Below are positions 1-6,895 of a DNA stretch of 64,000 nucleotides, piece by piece. The notes beneath the pieces were generated by a model that was not told the origin of the DNA, ran no database searches, and saw nothing but the letters and a program-made list of their open reading frames with translations. The position numbers and the translations under genes are program-made. Each line of letters begins with the position of its first letter. Within the stretch, counting starts at the first letter, position 1. This stretch comes from a virus: positions 288,001 through 352,000 of IMG/VR virus record IMGVR_UViG_3300031992_000005, one strand, 5' to 3'.

Positions 1-70
1 TGATATTAATATTAGCATGAAATTCGAACATTACACAAGAGAGTTTAAGAATCTTTAATTTACAGGGTTT

Positions 71-95
71 GGGGTTAATGATTACAATTAACCCC
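71..95 (+). terminator. Stem-loop GGGGTTAAT(7-nt loop)ATTAACCCC, 22 nt upstream of the first gene
   Basis: Perfect 9-bp inverted repeat, 71-79 pairing with 87-95. No long T-run follows. Confidence 0.4.
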
Positions 96-117
96 TTACC
101 TCAATAAACTTAGAAAA

Positions 118-534
118 ATGATATTCAAACAAAAAACATATAGCCTTGGTGATAAGATTCACTTTACTAAATTTATTGGCATTTTAACTGGATTTAGCAA
201 TAAAGCTAAGAACTTACACTGGGCAGCCCCTGCTAAGAATATTCACACTTATCTGGATGACCTATATGGAATTATAAATGATTTTACAGATACTATAGCA
301 GAGGGGTACATGGGAATCCTAGGTAAAATGGGACCTAAGGATATAGTAGTCGTACCTTGTGAGGTAGGAGACGCTAGAACATTTATAGACGAACTCATAG
401 ACCAGACAAAAAAGTTTTATGAAGGTATCCCAGATTCAACTGAATTTAAGGGAATAACTAGTGAAACAGAAACCTTCATGCAGAACTGTCAAAAGTATCG
501 CTACTTGTTCAGCTTGTGCAGTAATGACTTCTAA
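118..534 (+). CDS. Dps/ferritin-like protein carrying N-terminal leader MIFKQKTYS
   Basis: 138-aa ORF. KAKNLHWAAPAKNIHTYLDDLYGIINDFTDTIAEGYMGILG parallels the Dps signature (..HW....nf..H..LD....DTMAE...LGG), including the His/His/Asp/Glu ferroxidase positions. Comparison made from memory of E. coli Dps. Confidence 0.55.
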   Translation: MIFKQKTYSLGDKIHFTKFIGILTGFSNKAKNLHWAAPAKNIHTYLDDLYGIINDFTDTIAEGYMGILGKMGPKDIVVVPCEVGDARTFIDELIDQTKKFYEGIPDSTEFKGITSETETFMQNCQKYRYLFSLCSNDF

Positions 535-540
535 GATAAA

Positions 541-1470
541 ATGATAATACTTAGACAAAAAGAGTTTTCCATTCTTCCCACATTAGATCTAGAGTATCAA
601 AGGTTTAGAAATAACCAGGCAATAAAAAAAGCCTATAAATCAAGGGATATAGATTGGGATAAAGAAACTTTAAAAAAACTTAAGGATCGAATTAAAAGAA
701 CTACCCCTATAAAAGAAAGTCCAGATCCTAATGCGCAAACTCAATTTGGAGGACCCTATTACACCAATAAATTTATCTTCGGTAAACTTAAAAGGGAAGA
801 TGTCATCCCTGGCCGTCAAACTCATTTAGGTGAAATCTTGGTTAATAAAGCTGACAAGGATAACCTAAGTGCAATATCACATGAATACGGGCATGCATTA
901 GATTATGCATCTACAGGAGGTAAAGATCGGTTCGTTGAAGGTATTTTATCAGGAGATGGGGTTGGTAATAAAAATTTCTTTGAAAGACCTTATAAGCAGC
1001 GCCTAAAATGTGAAAAACTTAATATAAAATCGGAAGGAACTGCTACAAAAAACGGGTTAAAAATTTTAAAGAAAATAGGTGCCAAACCAAAAGATATGGT
1101 TGAAGCTAGAAGAGCAGGAAAAGCTGCATTAGAATCTCATTTTAGAGCTAAGGAATTTGATCTAGCTAATAAGGCTATAGAAGACGGTTTAACTAACAAA
1201 GAGTATTTAAAACAATTACTTACTGATAGAAGACGACTCAGAAGAGATTATAGAAAAGCCGTTAGAGGCATTGAAATTTCCGGTAGAACAGGTGCAGAAA
1301 GACTTTACGATGCTTCTAAAATGTCTAAGGCTAGAAAAATGGGAAGAGCAGTAAAAGCAAATCTTCTAAAGAATGATACCCTCAGACATGCAGTAATAAA
1401 AGCAAATCGAACGGGAGAAAGAGCTAAAAAGAAAATAATAAAAAAAGCATTTAAACAACTAATTAAATAA
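541..1470 (+). CDS. Leader-bearing protein with HExxH zinc-metallopeptidase motif and strongly basic C-terminal third
   Basis: 309-aa ORF starting MIILRQKEFS. Contains AISHEYGHALDY (HExxH). The C-terminus is rich in K/R (RRRLRRDYRKAVRG...ERAKKKIIKKAFKQLIK). Confidence 0.55.
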   Translation: MIILRQKEFSILPTLDLEYQRFRNNQAIKKAYKSRDIDWDKETLKKLKDRIKRTTPIKESPDPNAQTQFGGPYYTNKFIFGKLKREDVIPGRQTHLGEILVNKADKDNLSAISHEYGHALDYASTGGKDRFVEGILSGDGVGNKNFFERPYKQRLKCEKLNIKSEGTATKNGLKILKKIGAKPKDMVEARRAGKAALESHFRAKEFDLANKAIEDGLTNKEYLKQLLTDRRRLRRDYRKAVRGIEISGRTGAERLYDASKMSKARKMGRAVKANLLKNDTLRHAVIKANRTGERAKKKIIKKAFKQLIK

Positions 1471-1874
1471 TGATAATTAGACAAAAAGAGTTCGGAAAAA
1501 AGACTGCGCGACTAACCAATAGGGATAAAAACTTTATTAAGAGTCTTGCTGAGGAAAAAGACCATAATAAAGTTTATAATAAACAGTCCTATAGAGCACT
1601 CCAGGGTTTTGGCGCTTTAACAGGTGGCGTAGGTGCAGCAGCTTTAATCAAAAAGCTAAGTAAAAGTAAAAAAGCCGGACTAATTGGTGGTGGAATCGCT
1701 AGCATTGGTACAGGTATTGCGCTAAATAAGCCTATTAAAGCTGCTATAGATAGAGCGAATTACAAGGAAGACGTTAAATACGTAAAGCGAAGAGGCGGTT
1801 TTATTTTCAGAGATCGTATCGATCGAGACCGTCTAATAGACAAACGTGAAAAAGAATTAAATCATCAAATATAG
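1470..1874 (+). CDS. Leader-bearing small protein with glycine-zipper hydrophobic segments
   Basis: 134-aa ORF starting MIIRQKEFG. TAATG overlap with the upstream stop. Contains GFGALTGGVGAAALI and GLIGGGIASIGTGIAL. Confidence 0.7.
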   Translation: MIIRQKEFGKKTARLTNRDKNFIKSLAEEKDHNKVYNKQSYRALQGFGALTGGVGAAALIKKLSKSKKAGLIGGGIASIGTGIALNKPIKAAIDRANYKEDVKYVKRRGGFIFRDRIDRDRLIDKREKELNHQI

Positions 1875-2116
1875 TTAGAGAAGCGAGGAAGGGGCTCACA
1901 AAGTAGGACTTAAAGGGGAAAAGCCGGATCGTTTGTGGTGTCAGTTGCCCGCATCAGTAAGTATCATAAAGTAAAAAATTTAGAAAAAAAATCACATTTT
2001 TAAATGAGATTTCTTTAAATAAAATTAGAACTAATTCTTACTTTAAAAAAAATGTCAAAGGAAAGTACGAATTAGAATTAAACATAACACAAATCCTTTG
2101 ACTCATTTAATGAAAT

Positions 2117-2629
2117 ATGTTGATTAAAAGAAGAGTTTATTTTTCGGCAATAGATGAAGAAACCGGAGAAGAAAGATTATTTAGTACTAACACTATTATG
2201 TCAGAAGAAGACTACCTTAAGACATTTTCTGATACATTAGAACAAAGAGAGTATGGTTTGAAATCTAAGGCACTAGCACTGGTTGCTCCTGGTGCTTATC
2301 AGGCAAAAGAAGCTGCTAAGTATGGATACGACGATGAAAATGAGTATAAGAAGGTAAGAGGCAAGTATGCATTAAAGGGTGCTTTTGCTCCTGGCGTTTC
2401 TACTTATATGAAGAAAGCGGCAGAAAAGATGCACAAAGAGGGTAAGTCTACAGAAGAGATTCGCGAATTTCTAGAAAATAAGGGCAAATACCATAACAAT
2501 GCTCGAGTAGCTGCAGGTATAGGTGAAGCACTTACTGGTAGTATGGGTGGAATTGGTCATGCTGCTGCTACGGCTGTAGGTGCATACGATGCACTGGAGA
2601 AGAGTAGAAAGAAATTCAATAAAGATTAA
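2117..2629 (+). CDS. Leader-bearing protein with Gly/Ala-rich C-terminal segment
   Basis: 170-aa ORF starting MLIKRRVYFS. C-terminal AAGIGEALTGSMGGIGHAAATAVGAY. Confidence 0.7.
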   Translation: MLIKRRVYFSAIDEETGEERLFSTNTIMSEEDYLKTFSDTLEQREYGLKSKALALVAPGAYQAKEAAKYGYDDENEYKKVRGKYALKGAFAPGVSTYMKKAAEKMHKEGKSTEEIREFLENKGKYHNNARVAAGIGEALTGSMGGIGHAAATAVGAYDALEKSRKKFNKD

Positions 2630-2704
2630 AATTGAATTAACCTAAGAATTACCCTTCTAGCTGAGTAATATATAGAATAACAGATCAATATTTAGTTTCA
2701 TTGG

Positions 2705-2741
2705 GGGAATTAGGGTACATGTAAGTTATATCCTAATTCCC
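2705..2741 (+). terminator. Stem-loop GGGAATTAGG(17-nt loop)CCTAATTCCC followed by TTT
   Basis: Perfect 10-bp inverted repeat, 2705-2714 pairing with 2732-2741. It lies between the 2117 gene and the 2757 gene. Confidence 0.5.
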
Positions 2742-2756
2742 TTTCACGAACAAAAA

Positions 2757-3143
2757 ATGGTAATATTAAGAAATAAATTTATTCATCTTCCTTGGACAAA
2801 AAATAATATTAATCTCTTTAAAAGAAAGGACAATCTTCTTTGTCATGCGAGAATAGGGAAGGACATTGATGGGGTTATTCTTACAAAGAATAATTTACTT
2901 GTTGGATATATTGCCTGGTCAAAAGAGTATATTATAGCTCTAGAAGTAATGCCTGAGTGGAGAAAACAAGGAATTGCAACATACTTAATTTCCTTATCTC
3001 CTGTTCAGAGACTTACCGTAAATAAAAATAACAATGAGGCTATAAAACTTTACCTAGATCTTGGATTCAGAGTAATTAAAGAAGATAATAGAATTCTCTA
3101 TATGGAAAACATTAACGCAGATAAAAAATGCGGAAAAAATTAA
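2757..3143 (+). CDS. GNAT-family N-acetyltransferase with leader-like N-terminus MVILRNKFIH
   Basis: 128-aa ORF. Acetyl-CoA motif A is WRKQGIATYLI (Q/R-x-x-G-x-A). Followed by NNEAIKLYLDLGFRVI, typical of the GNAT C-terminal strand-helix. Confidence 0.7.
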   Translation: MVILRNKFIHLPWTKNNINLFKRKDNLLCHARIGKDIDGVILTKNNLLVGYIAWSKEYIIALEVMPEWRKQGIATYLISLSPVQRLTVNKNNNEAIKLYLDLGFRVIKEDNRILYMENINADKKCGKN

Positions 3144-3254
3144 TAAAAACAGATAAATATATGGGCTTCTCAGATTGGGAAGACTCGGAAAAATATCATG
3201 TTACTTATGCGTGGTGTATTGTTCCAGGAACTACATGGAGAGATGACATAAAGA

Positions 3255-3437
3255 ATGGATTTATATATAAAAACGATGGAAGTAAATGATGGTTTTTCTA
3301 ACGGATTAGGGGGAGATACCTTAATAGAATCGTTCTATAATAAAATAAAATTAACTATGGGGGACTGGGAATTCCCACTAAAAAATAGCAAAGATTTAAA
3401 AGGAGTTGATAATTCCTCGAAAGAAAATAGGGAATAA
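3255..3437 (+). CDS. Small hypothetical protein, uncertain gene
   Basis: 60-aa ORF with no recognisable motif and no leader. It overlaps an alternative 43-codon ORF at 3161-3292. Confidence 0.3.
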   Translation: MDLYIKTMEVNDGFSNGLGGDTLIESFYNKIKLTMGDWEFPLKNSKDLKGVDNSSKENRE

Positions 3438-3501
3438 ATTACTCTAATACACTAAATACCAGATATAAATCTGGCAAAAAATATTAATAAAACAATTCAG
3501 G

Positions 3502-4488
3502 ATGTCATTAATAGTTAGATTGAAAAGAAAGATGTTTGCTTGGAATGACAATAAAGCAAACACTTATGAGTATTGCCTAAGAAATCCAGATAAGGATGAA
3601 AATGCCCAAAGAATAAAGGGGATGGAAGAAAAATATCCTGAAGAGACCGCTAGATTAAAAGAAAAATTGAAAGATCCTAACTTCACTACAAATAATACAA
3701 AAGCTAATAATAGTCAGAGGAATTCCTATTATGAAAATTATAAAGCGACAACTCCAGAAGGAATAAAGGTAGATAAGGATCTTAAAAGTGGTTTAGATAG
3801 TCTTAATAAACAGGCAAGAAAAGAAAATAAACAACTACTAAAAGCTATTCAAAGAAAAAAGAAAATAGCTAATATTGCAGGTATTGGAGGAGGAATTGCT
3901 GCAGCAGCAGGTTTAGGATATGGCCTAAAGAAAGCTCATGATAATAAAAAAGCTTGGGAAGAAGAGAAAAAGAATATTAAAGTAACTGATCCTTCTGGGA
4001 AAAAATTGACCCAAGAAGAACAAGACTATTTCAGAGGCAAGGAAACAAATAGTCAAAAAAATAGCCGCAAAGGTACTTCAAGTAGAATTCTTGGAGCTAC
4101 GGGAGCCGCAGGAAGCATGCTCGGAGTTGTTAGAGGCAAGAAAATAATAGATGGAGCTAATGATACAATACTTAGGCACATGGACCGTATTAGTAAAGAA
4201 CAAAACCTAGTTAATAGTGTTAAAGGTAAAATCAATGCTGATGTTGCTGCAGTCCAAAATAAATATATGCAAAAAATAGCTAATAAATCTATCAGCAAAC
4301 GAGCAGCTGCTGAACGTTTACAAAAAAGAGTTTTGAAAAAGGTAAATAAAAGTATGATAGGCGGTGTTTCTGCAGGATTATTAGGCGGTGCAGCATTAGC
4401 AGCTATGTATAATACTAATAAAAAGATTAAGAACGAGCGTCTTAATTCTAAAAGAAGATTGGCAGCTTTACAGAAAAGTGAAGCATAA
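3502..4488 (+). CDS. Leader-bearing glycine-zipper protein, paralog 1
   Basis: 328-aa ORF starting MSLIVRLKRKMFA. Contains IAGIGGGIAAAAGLGYGLKKAHDNKKAWEEEKK and a second Gly-rich segment near the C-terminus. Paralogous to 4504-5346. Confidence 0.8.
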   Translation: MSLIVRLKRKMFAWNDNKANTYEYCLRNPDKDENAQRIKGMEEKYPEETARLKEKLKDPNFTTNNTKANNSQRNSYYENYKATTPEGIKVDKDLKSGLDSLNKQARKENKQLLKAIQRKKKIANIAGIGGGIAAAAGLGYGLKKAHDNKKAWEEEKKNIKVTDPSGKKLTQEEQDYFRGKETNSQKNSRKGTSSRILGATGAAGSMLGVVRGKKIIDGANDTILRHMDRISKEQNLVNSVKGKINADVAAVQNKYMQKIANKSISKRAAAERLQKRVLKKVNKSMIGGVSAGLLGGAALAAMYNTNKKIKNERLNSKRRLAALQKSEA

Positions 4489-4503
4489 AAGAAAATTAAC
4501 ATT

Positions 4504-5346
4504 ATGTCATTAATAGTTAGATTGAAAAGAAAGTTGTTTGCTGCTTGGAATGAAAATCTCAGAACCGTATACGAACATGCATTAGATAACCAGGATAAAG
4601 AAGCTGAAAGAGAATATAGGTCATTGTTAGAGGAGAGATTCCCTAAACAAACATCTGGTATAAAAGATACGAGGAGATTCGTTAAAGACGTAAAAGACTC
4701 TTTTAGAGACATAGATAAGGCAGCAAGAAAAAAGAATAAGCGACTACTCAAAGTGGCTAAAGCAGCTAAAATTGCAGGTATTGGAGGAGGAATTGCAGCT
4801 GGAGCGGGATTAGCATATGGCTTAAAGAAAGCTCATGATAATAAAAAAGCTTGGGAAGAAGAGAAAAAAGGAATAACGGATCCCAATAAAATAAATTCAC
4901 TGAAAGAGAGCAAAGATCAGAAAAAAAATAGACAACTGGGTGAAGGGGCTATTGTAACTGCAGGAACACTTGGTGGTGCATTAACAGGTGCAGCTATCGT
5001 AGGTAGACAAAAAGCTAGAGCAGATAAGCTATATGATAGAAAATTCGATATCTACGGAAAGAAGATGCTCGAACGACATAAAAAATTTGATAGTTATGCA
5101 AGATCTTCACCATATGGCGTTGATAGGATAATAGATGCTGACAGCAAATTTGTGAATAAGCTATCTCAAGATTGGCGAAGTAAAGGTCTAGCTCTTGATC
5201 GACTAAATAGAAAGATAGGTAAAAAAGCTCCTGGTAAAGTACTAAAAGCTGCAGGATTAGGTTTAGCTGGAGGTGCTGCATTGGCTACTATGTATGGTAT
5301 TAATCAAAAAGTTGCCAATGAAAAGAAAAACTCCACGAACAAATAA
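4504..5346 (+). CDS. Leader-bearing glycine-zipper protein, paralog 2
   Basis: 280-aa ORF starting MSLIVRLKRKLFA. Contains IAGIGGGIAAGAGLAYGLKKAHDNKKAWEEEKK. Shares near-identical nucleotide blocks with 3502-4488. Confidence 0.8.
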   Translation: MSLIVRLKRKLFAAWNENLRTVYEHALDNQDKEAEREYRSLLEERFPKQTSGIKDTRRFVKDVKDSFRDIDKAARKKNKRLLKVAKAAKIAGIGGGIAAGAGLAYGLKKAHDNKKAWEEEKKGITDPNKINSLKESKDQKKNRQLGEGAIVTAGTLGGALTGAAIVGRQKARADKLYDRKFDIYGKKMLERHKKFDSYARSSPYGVDRIIDADSKFVNKLSQDWRSKGLALDRLNRKIGKKAPGKVLKAAGLGLAGGAALATMYGINQKVANEKKNSTNK

Positions 5347-5384
5347 AAAATTGTACAAAAAATAAACAATAAATACACTAAATT

Positions 5385-5798
5385 ATGATTATACTAAGAA
5401 CTAAAACTTATTCACGATTAGAAGATGAAGATTATCGTGATAAAATGTATGAAAAGAAGAGAGGCGTTAAGCACGCAAAGGCAACCGGTGCACTGGTAGG
5501 AGCCGGATTTGGAGCAAGTCTAGGTGGAACACTTGGTAGTGCAGCAGGTGGTAGAGGTGCACTAATTGGTGCCGGTATAGGAGGAGTTGCCGGAGGTGTA
5601 GGTGGTTATCATCTAGGCAGGAAAGAAAAAGATAGAGTTGAAAAAGAAGTTGCCAGAAAGCTAGATCGTTATGAAAATGCTAACGAAAAGGATAGAGCTT
5701 ATTTGAGAAGAAAAGAGGAAAAGGATGAAGAGATGGCACTTCGTAAACAGCAGGTAGCTGCTCAGACTCAAATGGCGATGAATTCTTATAGATGGTAA
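5385..5798 (+). CDS. Leader-bearing glycine-zipper protein
   Basis: 137-aa ORF starting MIILRTKTYS. Contains GALVGAGFGASLGGTLGSAAGGRGALIGAGIGGVAGGVGGY followed by a charged coiled-coil-like tail. Confidence 0.75.
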   Translation: MIILRTKTYSRLEDEDYRDKMYEKKRGVKHAKATGALVGAGFGASLGGTLGSAAGGRGALIGAGIGGVAGGVGGYHLGRKEKDRVEKEVARKLDRYENANEKDRAYLRRKEEKDEEMALRKQQVAAQTQMAMNSYRW

Positions 5799-5835
5799 AT
5801 TTAAAACAAACTAATTAAGAAAAATTAAAGGTAAA

Positions 5836-5867
5836 GTAAGAGTAGGCGTCTAAAGTACCCTACTCTT
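5836..5867 (+). terminator. Stem-loop TAAGAGTAGG(12-nt loop)CCTACTCTTA
   Basis: Perfect 10-bp inverted repeat in the 101-nt gap after the 5385 gene. No T-run follows. Confidence 0.45.
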
Positions 5868-5899
5868 ATCCCAAACAAAATTAATCAAAATTAACGAAA

Positions 5900-6655
5900 A
5901 TGAATATAGATGTTTCATTGTTACCTAGCGGAGGCATTGGGTATAATTTTCCCAGTGTGGTAATTAAGCCTCTCAATTTCTTAGAGATTACGCAATACTT
6001 ATCTAACCTACCAGGGGAGGATGATCCGTTAGGACGTTACCTATTCGATATGAACATGCTGAGGGATGATGATCCTAATATAGAAAATTGTTATATTATG
6101 GATATAGACTTTCTCATCTTCTATAAAAAGTTATGTACTGTCAGTGAAGACTTATCTTATCAAATTGAAGTTAGTTGTCCACATTGCGGTGCTACAATAA
6201 AGAAGACCATTTCCTTTGATAAGGATGTTCATTTCAAACAGATTGACCCTAATATTATGAATGGGGCCAAGATAGAACTAAATGGTCATCATTACGATAC
6301 TATTGTTCCTACATACAAAGACTTTATGAAAGTTTTTTCACTTTATCTTAGGTATAGAAAAATACAAGATCTAAAGATGATTAAAACGATTGCTCTTATT
6401 AAAGACTTTGATGTACAGGGAAATCAGATCGAAGATGACGTATTACACGCAAAGCATAACGACATTACCCTTCTTATGGCTCTAAGAGACCTCTATTATG
6501 ATAGAGTGGAACCAGTAGAGTTATTTTGTCCTAAATGCGATAAGCCCGAAGAAAGGAGGAGTGTGACAGTGAGTCTTGAAGGTCTCATTGTCGATTTCTT
6601 TCGAGAGCTCTATGTCAATAGCCCAATTGATGGAACTAAAATTCTTTTTAAATAA
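5900..6655 (+). CDS. Putative tail assembly chaperone-position protein with Cys4 zinc-ribbon
   Basis: 251-aa ORF two genes upstream of the tape measure. Has CPHCG ... CPKCD cysteine pairs. The functional call rests on gene position only. Confidence 0.4.
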   Translation: MNIDVSLLPSGGIGYNFPSVVIKPLNFLEITQYLSNLPGEDDPLGRYLFDMNMLRDDDPNIENCYIMDIDFLIFYKKLCTVSEDLSYQIEVSCPHCGATIKKTISFDKDVHFKQIDPNIMNGAKIELNGHHYDTIVPTYKDFMKVFSLYLRYRKIQDLKMIKTIALIKDFDVQGNQIEDDVLHAKHNDITLLMALRDLYYDRVEPVELFCPKCDKPEERRSVTVSLEGLIVDFFRELYVNSPIDGTKILFK

Positions 6656-6656
6656 A

Positions 6657-6893
6657 ATGTTAAAAGCGGATAATATAGAATATTATACGTTAGATGCATT
6701 AATTAAACTTAGAAAAGTCTATGACGAATTCTTAAGCAACAGTGATGGTGTAGATCCAGATTTTCCACTCATGAAGTTTGGAAATGGTGAAAAGAAAATC
6801 GCAGGTGTTAATAAGGCAAAGATAGAATTAGAGAACCAAGAACGTGGAATAGAGGAGCCACTGGGCATGAATAATTTCCTCAATAAACGATAA
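6657..6893 (+). CDS. Small protein immediately upstream of the tape measure, possible second chaperone ORF
   Basis: The ORF frame is open from 6576. The most plausible independent start is the ATG at 6657, 1 nt after the upstream TAA (6653-6655). The stop lies 2 nt before the tape-measure ATG. Confidence 0.5.
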   Translation: MLKADNIEYYTLDALIKLRKVYDEFLSNSDGVDPDFPLMKFGNGEKKIAGVNKAKIELENQERGIEEPLGMNNFLNKR

Positions 6894-6895
6894 AT

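Noticed and set aside
1875-2116. A tRNA or other canonical RNA gene in the long intergenic gap.
   Set aside because: There is no acceptor/T-arm pattern (no GGTTCGAATCC-like box and no matching 7-bp termini), and I could find no convincing cloverleaf by eye.
3161-3292. A 43-codon ORF (MGFSDWEDSEKYHVTYAWCIVPGTTWRDDIKNGFIYKNDGSK) upstream of and overlapping the 3255 ORF.
   Set aside because: It is too short and has no motif. It cannot be distinguished from the overlapping 60-aa ORF. The region 3144-3501 may hold one small gene or a frameshifted remnant, so it is left unresolved.
3459-3474. A short hairpin CCAGAT(ATAA)ATCTGG after the 3255 ORF, considered as a terminator.
   Set aside because: The stem is only 6 bp and A/T-rich, and it is followed by an A-run rather than a T-run. 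It is too weak to call.
4053-5281. Minus-strand ORFs 4053-4751 (232 aa) and 5015-5281 (88 aa), antisense to the leader/glycine-zipper genes.
   Set aside because: Their translations are low-complexity and Leu/Ser/Phe-rich, as expected from reading the complement of Lys/Glu/Ala-rich genes. They fully overlap well-supported plus-strand genes that have paralog and motif support.
5900-6893. A canonical -1 programmed frameshift (X XXY YYZ) of the lambda G/GT type.
   Set aside because: The downstream frame is +1, not -1, relative to the 5900 gene. No heptanucleotide slippery site in the correct register was seen. Only a speculative +1 site remains, and it is reported as a low-confidence finding.
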